Assembly: GCA_023213395.1 (NCBI GenBank)
Contig: CM041465.1
Coordinates: forward strand, 186,999,741-187,063,740
Direction of reading: 5' to 3'
Length of the DNA: 64,000 bases
Source of the DNA: Cycas panzhihuaensis
Taxonomy: Eukaryota > Plantae > Cycadophyta
Position 1 is the first letter of the stretch. The number at the start of each line of letters is the position of its first letter. The position numbers were made by a program, and so were the translations under genes. Of the stretch, positions 41,430-53,700 are shown in pieces. The notes under the pieces are model-generated. The model was given only the letters and a program-made list of their open reading frames with translations, made no database searches and was not told the origin of the DNA.

Positions 41430-41918
41430 TAGCACAAGCTTTGTTAATCTGGAAGTGTCGATAGGCACTATCTGGCAAAATCATCAAAGTCTGGTTCTCC
41501 CAAACTTTGGCTACCAGTTTGAAACCCATGACTACATGATTGTTGAGAGGGTTTTAGTCAGTGATTCAAAACCCATTATGCAATGTCATCTATGTGGAGG
41601 ATTTAAAGTTACCTTGCAATTTTGTGGAGTCCATGCAATGAGTGGGCAGGATGCCTCTGAAATAAAGCAATTGACATAGAGCCTCTATGGACATGAAACC
41701 GAGTGATCAAACAGGTGACTTGCTCTTCAATAAGCCCGCAAAGGTCTGTCATTTGGCGTATATACTCTTTGATAAGCCTGTGGGGGTCCGTTACTTAGCA
41801 AGCGATTACTTTTTCTTTTTTTTGTTTCCCCTTTCTCTTTTCACTTTGAATTACTCTCATTGCATGGCGTGGGGTAAATAGTCATAAGCAAAGTCAATTA
41901 GAGGTGCTTATCGGCACA
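41430..41918. other. Foreign 489-bp segment captured inside the B integrase, flanked by a ~60-68-bp duplication
   Basis: 41362-41429 is approximately 41919-41978; the intervening sequence has no integrase similarity. Confidence 0.75.
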
Positions 41919-43228
41919 ATCATAATTGCTAACTATAACTTTTAGAAGGGCAGTGTATCTCCTTTATGTAAATCTCACCAATTTGATTGGCTTTTGTTGT
42001 TGCCTGCATCCCCCTAAAATGAACATATTCCATTAATCGGTTGACGACAAGAGAAATGGCATCCTTGCCTTCTGACTTTGACAATCCAATTGTGAAATCC
42101 ATCAAGACCTCTTCCCATTTTTGTTTTGGTATATGTAGGGGTTGGACAAGGCAAAGACTCTTTATCCTTTTGCTTTTATTCCTTTGGCAGGTGTCGCATT
42201 CAAAAACAAACTTGTGTACATCTACTTTCATCCCCTTCCGAAAAAAGTGTCTTGTAATTTGCAATATGTTTTATCAATCCCTATGTATCCAATTATTGGA
42301 ACAACATGGGCCTCATCCAATAATTTTGTCCTTAGGGCTGATGATGCTAGTATAAATATTTTCCCTTTTTGTAGGATCAATTCTTCCTAGAACTCATATT
42401 TTGTTGACTCTCTGGCCTTGATCTCCTTTAATGCTTTTTGAGAGGCTGGATCATTCTGATACTCCTAAGTTGGTTCTTCTATCCGACTGGAAGTGGTTAT
42501 GAAGATGGCTTGTATGGAGACATCATCAGTTTTGGCTTTTGATATCCAAGATAATGTGTCAACAATGACGTTCTCTTTACCCCATTTTGTATGTGATTGT
42601 AAAATCAAAGGTTTGGGGCTTGCTTGCCATTTTTTGTTGCTTGTTGGATAGTGTCTTTTGACTTAGGAAGTACTTGAGGCTATCGTGATCTGTCTTGACA
42701 ATGAATTTATTTCCAAGTAGGTATTGTCACCATTGGTGTATAGCATGCATTATGGCAGACATTTCTTTATCATAAATGGGTTTGAGTCATTCCCATGTGT
42801 TTACTTTGCAACTTTCATATGCTAATGGTCATTCATTTTGGTGTAGGACAACCCCTACGCCTTATCTGAATGTGTCACATTCTAATGTGAATGGCTGGGA
42901 AAAATCTAGTCATAAGGACCATTGTTATGGTCACGGCGACCTTTAGTCCTTGGAATGCATCTTCAACTGGTTGGCCCTAAGCAAAAGCATATTTCTTTGT
43001 AAGATCAGTTGGAGGTGCGGCAATATGCATGTATTTTCTAATAAATCATTGGAGGAATCCAGCGGCTCATAAAAAACTTCTTACTGAAGTTACATTTTTG
43101 GACATGGGCCAATCTATAATTGCTTAAACTTTCTTGCGGTCCATCTTAACTTCATCTTATGTAATAATATGCCCCAAATACTCCAACTCAATTTGATAAA
43201 AAGTGCACTTGTTCTTGTTAGCAAAAAA

Positions 43229-46200
43229 TGTTAGAATATTAATGCACATTTGTTTTGTCCCACATGCAAGTGGGTTCCACTCTCACTATATTGACATGTA
43301 TTATAAATACACAATATAGTGTATCATATTGTAATGATGTTGTAATAATGTTTTGTTAATATAATGGAGGTACCTTAAAGGTACCATTCGATCCTGGGGA
43401 GGTGCTTTTGTTCTGTTTGGTTCTATTTGTGAATATCTTATTGCAGGTTTGATTTCAACATGGTATCAAAGCGCCCAGGTTGAGAGATGTGTTTTTGTTC
43501 GGTATTGGAGCGGTAATTTGAGAGGTGCCATCAAGGGTTGAAAGCATATTCGAGAGAATAAACGTTGAAATTTTTGAAAAGTAATGGCGAAATTGAGACG
43601 AAATGGCTCATTCTATAAATTTTAAGTGGTCGCACTATAGATTTTGGAGTGAAAGTGTGAAAATTGCAGCAGAATTAATTTCGGCCTTTTTTTTCTGTCG
43701 CTGTATTTTTAGGACAGATCTGCAACCTCAACTTCAAAGAGCCACAACTTTGGCTACAGGTATCCAAATGACCTCAAATTTTTTTTTTATTCTGTGCGTT
43801 TTTTAATTTACTTTCTAATGGAAGTGGTTTGAGGTTCATCAGAGTTCAGAGTAAAAAGTTATTAGCAGTTTATCATAAGGTACTATTACAGTCCTTAGAA
43901 ACCCTAATTGTGAAATTCTTAAAAGGGGCATAACTTTTGATCTAGATATCAGAATTCAAGTTCATCTGAACCGTTTGAATCGTATTTTAGAGGACATCAT
44001 TTCCATCCATATTTTATGTATTTTTTAACTATATTTTTTTTAGAAATAAGTTTTTTGGGAATTTAAGGGTTTCATATTGATATGGTGACGTGAATGAGGC
44101 AATGGTAATGAGGTGATATAAGTGTTTTGCACTCTTAATTGGCGACAAAGTAGTGACATTTGGCATTGGCATAGTTCTATCTTGCATGTGATTTACAGAA
44201 GTTGGGTAATGTTGCAATGTGAGGTGACTATTTGAGGCTCTCTTGCATATGTTGTGCATGGGAGAGTACTGTTGCAATGTGAGACGATATTAAGTTATGT
44301 TGATGTGAATGTATTTGGCACTCTATTGGTGATTTAAGGTGCATGATGGTGATTGTTTAATGGCAAATTAAGTGTCTTCTTACATATGTTCGTATGAGAG
44401 AGCTATTGTGATGATGACATAGTATGATGATGAAGCGATAGTGCATGTGTTTGCATGAATGAGTTGGGTGGCATATGGCAATTTAGTGCTCCTTGGAATG
44501 TGATTTATGTGAAGGGACTTTATGGGCATGATAAGGCTAATTTGAGGGCAAGAAAGATAGTGATATGAGGCGATGAGATGCTTGTTGCATGTGAGGTTAC
44601 ATGACAAGATTGGATATTTGTTGGGCATGTTTAAGATGAAATTAGGCATGTTTGATGATGTGTTCTAATTGATTGAATGGGCAAAGAAGGATGAGTTTTT
44701 TTTGTTGAAGTTACCTAAGTTGCAAGTGTAGCGGCATGAGTTGTGTTTTGGGCAATTAAGTGAAGTGTGTGTCTTGGCAATTTAATGGTGACATGAGGTA
44801 TGCATAATTTCTGTGAGATGTATGTGGCTTAGACATTGATTTGATGGTGAAGTAAGTGTTTCAAATACTTGTTGTATGTGACTATTTGACAATATGGGAG
44901 ATACATAAAGCAATGATGTGATGATAAAGTCAATGATGTGAGAGATATGAGACATGAGAAATTTTGTTGAGGGTGATCAATAAGCAAGTTACCAATGATA
45001 AGTGAGTTTGTTGATTGAAAAAGGGGTGTGGTGTTAGGAAATGGCATTTACAATCATGGAGGAGAATGATGTGGTCATGTATGTTCTTGAAACAAATGAA
45101 TACTACTTAAGGGATTTGTTTCTTCCAATATCTAAGTGTAATGGTGAAGACTACTTCTTTTGGACGATTAAAATGAGATGTCTTTTCATAGCTAGAGGTT
45201 TGTGGAAGATTGTTACTGATGGATATGATATCCCTAAGGATGAAGAAGAAAAGGAAATGCTTGAGAAGAAAGACAAAAAGGCATTCATTATGATTCGTGC
45301 TGCATTCAACGAGGTTGATCTTCCTTCCAAATACCAGTTTGTCATTTCTATGATTCTACATGCAAGTACTACTAAAGAAGCTTGGGATTTTCTAAGGGAA
45401 GTATTTGAACAAACTCCTGAAGAGACACAACAAATGATTGAAAAGACAATTAAGGTCAGTTATGGTTATAGTACAGGTACAATGAATGAAGAAAATATCA
45501 TCAACATTGATGAAATGACATGGTAAGATGAAGAATGTATGAGTACTAATAAAATTTCTATTGAATGTAAAGAAACGACGGTTGAATGTATTGATGAGAC
45601 TACAACTACTGATGAAGATATTAAAAGTGTTGAGTTGATAAAGGTTTATATAGATGACACCATGATTTCAAGAGAAGTTGAATATGAATATGATGGTCCT
45701 ATAAAGGATGAGTCTTATATTGATGATATTCCTACTTTAAGTATTGATTCAAGTTTGAATGATGTTCCTTCTTTGAGCATTGATTCAAGTTCAAAAAGTA
45801 TGCAAGTTGATCAAGACTCCACTCCTAAGGTTGAAGAAATCATTGTTGTACATAGTGATCGAGAACTTATACAAGACAATGATGACAAGCAAGTTGTGTT
45901 TGAAGACGGTTACTTACAGGATCTTCATCACAATCAGACTAGACCAGCCGCAATGAAGAATCATAATTTGCACTTGCTAGAGTTGCTACATCAACATCAT
46001 CACTACAAGATTGAAGACGGAAATCAAGCTGAGAATATCATCAAAAATAAAAATCAAGATGAAGACATCATTCTGCAACAAAGACATCACTACAAGATTG
46101 AAGACAAGGATCAAGTTGAAGACATCATTTTCAAGACATTTCCAAGGATAAAGCGTTGCAAATACAAATGACCCAAATGTGCATTAAGGGGGAGTGTTGG

Positions 46201-46394
46201 AATATTAATGCACATTTGTTTTGTCCCACATGCAAGTGGGTTCCACTCTCACTATATTGACATGTATTATATGTTGTAATGATGTTTTGTTAATATAATG
46301 GAGGTACCTTAAGGGTACCATTTGATCTTGTGGAGGTGCTTTTGTTCTATTTGGTTCTATTTGCGAATATCTTATTGCAGGTTTGATTTCAACA
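43229..46394 (+). mobile_element. Gag-only non-autonomous LTR element C (TR-GAG-like, 3.17 kb)
   Basis: LTRs 43229-43460 and 46195-46394; TSD AAAAA; PBS TGGTATCAAAGC 43461-43472; PPT AAGGGGGAG 46186-46194. One gag-like frame 45041-46171; no pol. Confidence 0.92.
45041..46171 (+). pseudogene. Copia-type gag N-terminal domain plus acidic repetitive tail; one internal TAA at 45524-45526
   Basis: CNGEDYFFWTIKMRCLFIARGLWKIVTDGY..STTKEAWDFL (DUF4219/UBN2-type). ORFs 45041-45526 and 45539-46171 are in the same frame. Confidence 0.8.
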
Positions 46395-49300
46395 AAAAAT
46401 TGGTTACCATCCAAGAGTTGTAGCACAGCCTTAATACGCTCTAAGTGCTCTTCCCATGTTGAGTTGTCATTCAAAATATGATCAAAGAAAACTAACACAA
46501 ATTTGCGTAAGAAGGGTTTGAGCACCTTGTTCATTGTACTTTAGAAGGTCGTCGAAGCATTTGTTAGCCTGAATGGCATAACACGAAACTCAAATAATCC
46601 TTTATGTGTACGAAATGTTGTCTTGTGTACATCTGCTTCTTTTATATGAATCTAGTAGTAACCTGAACATAAATCGATCTTAGAAAAATATTTCGCTCTA
46701 TGTATTTCATCCAACAGGTCATCTATCTGAGGAATGGGGTAGCAATTTTTGATTGTGAGCTTGTTGAGCCCATGATAGTCCACACACATGCAGTAAGAGC
46801 AATCTTTTTTTTAACTCAAGATAATTAGTGATGCAAACAAGCTGGTACTAGGGGTGATGTAACCTTGGTTTAAAAGGTCTTGGGAAATCCTTCTGATCTC
46901 TTTTTTGTAATGATAGGGGTGTTGGTATAGACAGATGTTTATCAGTGTTGTTCCCAGTATCAATTCGATGGGGTGTTCACATCCATGACTTGGTAGTAGA
47001 CCCCAAGGGGGCTCTACAAAGACTTTGTTGGGTTGATCTATGATAGATTGTATTTCTGGCGGAATGTCCTCAATTACGGCTTTGCAGCATGTCATTACAT
47101 ATCAGGCAAGGTTTTTCTTTAGTATTTTCTTCGTATAATGTGATGTCACCAACTAGGCAGGTGGTGTGGGGGGTGCTTGTAGCTTATATTTGTGCCCCTT
47201 TTGATAAAAGCTCATGAATTGAGTCCTATAGTTAGTGATAATGTTCCCCAAATTCTATAACCATTAGATTCCCAAGACAGCATCAACTCCTCCTGTTGGC
47301 ATGGCGAACATGCACATAGTCCTAGAGTAATCTACAATTTAGAGATTCACCTTTGGGCAATAACCTCCACATGTCATGGTTTTACTATTAGCAATAGCGA
47401 CTTGGAATATGTTGAGGACTTGGATGGGCAAACCCAGTTTTCCTGTTATTAGTTTGTTGATGAAGTTGTGTGTGCTACCACTATTGACCAAGACTACAAT
47501 TTTAGCTCCCTTGCTTGTTCCCTAAAAACGTAGCATTTATAAGATGTTGACTTCTATAATTGCCTATAATGATATCTATACAATTTTGATATCAGTGCTG
47601 AGTAATTCTTCAGTCTCTCCCTTGTCATGAGTATTCGATGGTTCTTCCTCAATTTCATCCAAAATGTTTATGTCCTCATTGTTGATCATGAATACCTTCT
47701 TTGCGGGACATTTGTGGTCACGATTCCATTTACCCCCACATTAGAAACAGGTCCCTTTCTTGAGATGCTCAACTTTTGAGATTTTAATCCTTGCTAATCC
47801 TTCTTCCTTTTCTTCGATAATTGGGGCTTCCTCTTTTGTTCCTTATCTCTTCCAATTCGATTGGAAATTTCAACCTTGGTGGCGAGGAAGTTCAATTTGG
47901 CAAGTAAAGTTCTATCTTCCTTGTTTGTACTTGACTTCCACATTCTTAGTGTGGAATATAGTTCTACTTAAGGTGATTACTCTGGTTCTTTTTAGGCGGT
48001 ATTTCATATTTCCTCCAAGCCCTATGACGTAAACTTGGATGAATAATTCTTTTGCAATTCTGTGGTTGATGAAGCTATGTAAAGTTTGGAATTGTTCATT
48101 GTAAGATTGAACTGAACCAATTTGTTGTAAGCGCATCAATTAGGCAAAGTAGTTAGTATTCCAAGTATCTTCATATTGTTCTATAAGGCATTCTTTTAAA
48201 AAGATCTAGTTGTCATTCTTTGTTCCTCCATAGAATTTTTTCCACCAGTGGAACCACTTAAGTGCCTCATATAAGTGGAGGGATGCCACCAGAATTTGTT
48301 CCCTATTTGACAATAAGTTTGTTTGGAAATAGATTTCCATTTCGATGATCCAACTACGAATGTCCCTTGATCTATCGAGGTCAAATTTTTCGAGAAAAAT
48401 TTTGGGACCTCTGAGACCCTTGCTAAGTTCGAACTACCATTCCTCTCGGTCTTTTTCTTGGTATTCATTTCCTCCTTCGTCCCATGTTCCTACCTCATCT
48501 TTGGGGTATTGTTTCCTCTTTTGGGATCCCCAAAGCACTTCTTTGATCCTAGTCATAGTTTTTTCCATATGAGCTATGTCATTGGTTATGTTGTTTGCCC
48601 TTCTATTCACATCTCTGATGATTATAGATGGTCAATTCACCATTTTGCTAGTTGCGAGTGTCTTCCCTAATCTCAACTCCATTACAAGGAAGAAGGGGGG
48701 AAACAATTTTGAGCCCTTTTTCTTGTTTGGTTGCCCTATTAATGTTTACTAAGCTTGACTTCTCTACAGGATGCCTCGACAACAAGGCTCTAATACCACT
48801 TGTGGGAATCCACAAGGGATTCACACCTCCAATGCTGATAAATTTTTATATGCTAGACTCACTTGAAGGTTAATTAAGTAACCTATCTAGAGAAAAAAAA
48901 AACATTGTACTAAAACTACCACTGTATAGTTCAAGAAATAGACTCAAATATCAAATAAAATAATATATATAACTATCAAAGACTTACAAGATATGAATGC
49001 TTGAACCCATCTCCCTCTTCAAGGCAAGGTGTCCTCCAAATTGCTACCCTTAAGGACGAAAATATAGCAAATCCAAAACTCCTCAAGATGTCCAAGAACA
49101 AGGTCAAATAGGCAGGTAGAAAAGTACTAGAGATTTCAGCTAAGAGGGATAGTAGAAATCAACCATAATAAAAAAAAAAGGTTGGTCGGAATACTCTTAA
49201 AAGTCAGCTAGAAAGAGACATAAATATTGCTAGTTTGAAGTCAGCCAAATTGAGACAACATGCATAATAGATGTCGGCTAGACTACAGAAAGGGACACTC

Positions 49301-50710
49301 CAGAATTTCACTTATAAGCATTACAATTCAAACAAGATAAAAGTAAAGAAATTGAAAAGAAAACTGGGACTAGAACCAAAAGAGTCTAAACCAATCAATT
49401 CACTACTGATAATATTAATAAAGATGACAAAGATTCCTAGACTAAAAGCATCCCTCCGCCTAAAAAACTACCCAAATAGTACCTAAAAACTATTATCAAT
49501 GTGAAATTACCTAAAACAAAAGGTTAAAAAAAGTCTAACATGAGACCTACATCGTAGGTCAATTACACTCTTATATCACAAGTATTCAACTCAAAGGAAC
49601 CTTCCACTTTTGAGTAGCAAGTCGAAAGCAAAAGTAGGAGGATGTTATGAATGAATAAACTCAAGCACTAGACAAAACTAAAACTTGGGACTCAGTAAAA
49701 CTACCAAATGGTAAGCAAGCATTTTGTTGTAAATGGGTATTCAAAATCAAATCTAGATTTAACCACTCAGTCAAGAAACATAAGGCCACATTGGTGGCCA
49801 AAGGTTTCAAACAATAGGAAGGAGTTGACTATCACGAAACTTTTGCTCCTATGGCAAAAGTGATGACTATCAAAATCATACTTGCATTAGATGCATTATT
49901 CAAATGGAAATTATACCAAGTTGATATAAAAAGTGCATTCCTCAATGGTGATTTGACAAAAGAAGCCCATGTGGAGCAATCACCTTGGCATGCCACCTTA
50001 AAAAGGCATTATAGAGTTAAAAGCAAGTACTTAGGACTTGGTTTGATAGTTGTTTTCAAAAAAATGGTTTTGAAAAATCCTCTACAAACCCGACTTTATA
50101 CATAAAAATTTAAGATGGCTAGCTTGTAAGCCTAGTAATTTTCTACATCGATGTTGTATTCATCACTAGAAATGACACCTCTATGATAGAAAATTTAGAA
50201 AAGGATTTAAAATGCAACTTTGAGATATCAGATCTTGGGCTACTCCATTATTGACTTGGATTAGAAGTTTGGCAGAAACTTGAGAAGATATTCATTTACC
50301 AAGCTAAATACACAAAGGAAATTCTAAAGAAGTTCAAAATGGAAGACTACAAGACTACACTGACTCCAATAAAAATATAGCCAAAATTTTCAACCCAAGG
50401 AGTAAGCAGGACTCTGTATACACAACTAGTTGGTAGTCTAATCTATCTTTCTAAGAGCTAGCCATGTTGCCTAATCAGTTGGAATAATATCCAAGATCAT
50501 GACAAAACCCGAGTAGAGTCACCAAATGGTTGCTAAGCAAACTCTAAGGTATCTACAAGGAACTCTACAATATGGATTAGAGTTCATTTACAACGTCAAC
50601 TTTAGATTGGAAGGATTCTCTAATCCATATTGGGCCAAATGCAGCGAAAGCAAAAGGTCCACTTCTTGATACTACTTTAATCTTGGTTTAGTTTATAGCT
50701 TGGTTCAATT

Positions 50711-53700
50711 TGTAAGGTGCCCACTCCAATTTAATAAAAAAAAATCCATAAATAAGTCAGAATATCATAGTGAAACTATGCACACAATGAAGTAACAATA
50801 TAATATCAAATTTGCAATAGAATAATATTTTAGAAAGATAAACTATCAAATGAGATTCTCAAAATAGTAGCCCTCTCCGAGGCAAGGGGACCTTCCCAAG
50901 GCACCATAGTGCCACAATGGCTTTAGGCCATCATCCTAATAAGATAAATAATGTTCCAAAGATGGCAACAAATGGTTAGGACTCCCTTATTTATAGACAT
51001 AGGTTGGGGCCTATTTATTCTCTCTCTAAAAAAATGACTTCTTATCCTCTCTTAAAACTGTCTTCACATACCTATTTGGGGCCAACTTCACTTTATGCTT
51101 GCAACAACTCCCCTCCCCTTAAAATACTTCACCCTAAAAGTATAAATGCCGCATGAGGAATCGCTTGGAACCAACTTCCACATGGTCTTCAATCAACCAC
51201 CTGCTATGGCTTGTATTTCATAATAATTTTATCCACCCTTATGCCATCTTCTAGAAATAATCGATATGTGACTTGCGCATATGGTTGTTTGTGTCTAGTA
51301 CTAGATAGCCTTTGTATCTCTTCCTGTATAAAAATGATCCTAGGACCTATGTACTATTGATAGCACTTAATTGAAAACCTATTTTTTGTTTGCACATTTT
51401 GCCCATAGGCTTTTGACTTTGAGTCTAATAGAAAGACTTTGTTGGAATAGGTGAGAGGGAAAGGTGGCCATTTGCAAATGCTAGGAACATTTTGTGGAAA
51501 AGAAATAAGCTATGTTTGGAGAATAAGCAATAAGGTGGTAAGAATACATATGATGGTCATATACAACGTATTGTTTATAAATATGAAGCATATAGTAGGA
51601 AAGATTGGGTAATGAGAGAAAGGTGGGAATTGATGAGGTGATCAACAAGCATTTTGTATGTGTGAGAAGAAAAGAAATTGGGGATTGAGAGGTATGCGCC
51701 AATGGAAATTTGATCTGGTATACAAGACACACAAGGCTAGGGGTTATAATGAGTGAGGGATTGCTTGGATTGGCTAGATGTTCTTTATGGGAAAGGGTCT
51801 TTTATCATGGTTCTAGGGTAAGAGTAAAAGAAGACATAAGGGATGAAACTAAGTGGAAATTAGGACCCAGTTGATGAGATTAAAGTGAGACTGAGATTTC
51901 TCCTACAAGGAATTCAGAATTGAGAAATTTAAATATGGGATATTTTTTATTATGGGATGGAGGACCTTTTAAAGTAATGTGATGAAGAAAATCAAGAGGA
52001 ACAATAAAATTGCTGAAGGACATGTGCAAAATAGGATTAGAAACCATGTTGAATACCTTGTTGGATTTGCTTGGTTACTTGGAGTCTTCCTTGGGCTACT
52101 CAGGGTTTTCTTCATACTACTCATCAAATTGTTCTATTGGGTTTTCTTTTGTTTACTTGTCAACAGTTTCATTTTGCTCCTACATAAATTGTTCATCATC
52201 TAAATCATAGTGTTTAGCAATTTCTTCCTTAGCTTCGACTTCCTTGTAATTGAGCTTTTCTTGCTTCCTATTTCATGCTAGTTCATCTCTAATTTCTCTT
52301 TCTAGGTCCTTATTCTAACGAGATGCCCCCATTTTATACAACATTTTTGCATGTAGCTTTTCAAATCCTCACGCATTTCTAGGACCAATTGCAGGTCATT
52401 ATGCATCGTGAATGGCTTAAAATGCACTAATTATTAATCCCTTCAATTCCTTCATGTAACTTGAATCAAAAACTTTTTTAAAAAATCTTAGTCAAATGCT
52501 CACGTGATAACTCATTTTAAAGATATTTGTACCAAGATTCTAATGGTTAAGATGAAATCAAATTCTAATATCTATAGCAAAAATCATAGCATTTTTAAAG
52601 TGGACCAAAATTTAGGATTTTAGGGACTACAACAATACTTGTTACTAAAATAATGATAACTTTTAATCTTGATAGCCAATTGAATTAAAACCACTTCTAA
52701 CAAAAAATAAACTTCAAGATGCACTTATTTAAAAAAAGAAAAAATTGACGTCAATTAGATACATGTAGCCTTCATTATGGTCATTTGTAATTGCAGTAGC
52801 AAATTTTATGTCCTATAGACAACGATAGATATCAGGCCAAGATTAAAAACCTTATAAGTTCTGCAATTCTACTCCAAACCCTATGATATAACCACTCAAA
52901 TTTTATAGCATCAATCTGATCATCTCAAATATGCAATTGCTTTTTCCAAATTCAATCATTTACACCTTCAAAATTGCAGATCTTTCATAAAGCCCTAATT
53001 AACCAAAACCATGTTCCAATACCAATTGTGTCGTGCCCACTCCAATTTAATGACAACAAATTTAGAAATGAATCAAAATAACCATGCACACAATGGAATA
53101 AAAATATGATATCAAATTTACAATAGAATAATATTTTGAAAATATAAATTATCAAATGAGATTCTCAAAATGGTAGCCCTCTTCGAGGTGAGTGGTCCCT
53201 CCCAAGGCGTTGTAGTGCTATAACGGCTTTAGGACATTGTGCCATAAGACAAATACTATTCCAGAGATGATAACAAATGGTTTGGGCTACCTTATTTATA
53301 GTTGTAGACTAGAACCTATTTATTCTTGTTCGGGAACATGAAATCATACATTGATGTTCCCATACGCAAGATCTTTAACCATACACAGCAAGCAACAAAT
53401 GGAAAATACAGAAAACAGATACACAGTACACAGATATTTACGTGGGAAACCCTTTCGAAAAAAAACCCACCACAGAGAGGATCCTTGATGGATCGCTTTA
53501 TTATTGCACAATGAACTTGGATGATGAATATACAAGGCCTCAAGTCTTTTATACTCTCCAAGAGGTGTCACCCGATTAGGGTTGTGACCCTCCGAATAAA
53601 TCGTACCTTTTGGCTCACACCCTTTTACATAATTAAACCACATTAACATTAATTAAGTGGCTTAATAATTAACTGCCACGCTAACATCCCCCCTTAATGT

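Larger units (their letters stand above)
39998..49302 (-). mobile_element. Chromovirus (Ty3/Gypsy with chromodomain) element B
   Basis: 502-bp LTRs 39998-40499 and 48801-49302; PBS complement GCTCTAATACCA 48787-48798; gag ~47700-48470, PR ~47200-47520, RT ~46400-47100 and ~43000-43228, INT ~40740-42260; chromodomain EYLIKWK..EDTTWE 40530-40733. TSD is degenerate (GAAAC/GAATT). Confidence 0.93.

Noticed and set aside
53316-53649. Duplicated small ORFs (also 59257-59676) that look like a paralogous gene pair
   Set aside because: They lie within the two LTRs of element E, so the duplication is explained by LTR identity.
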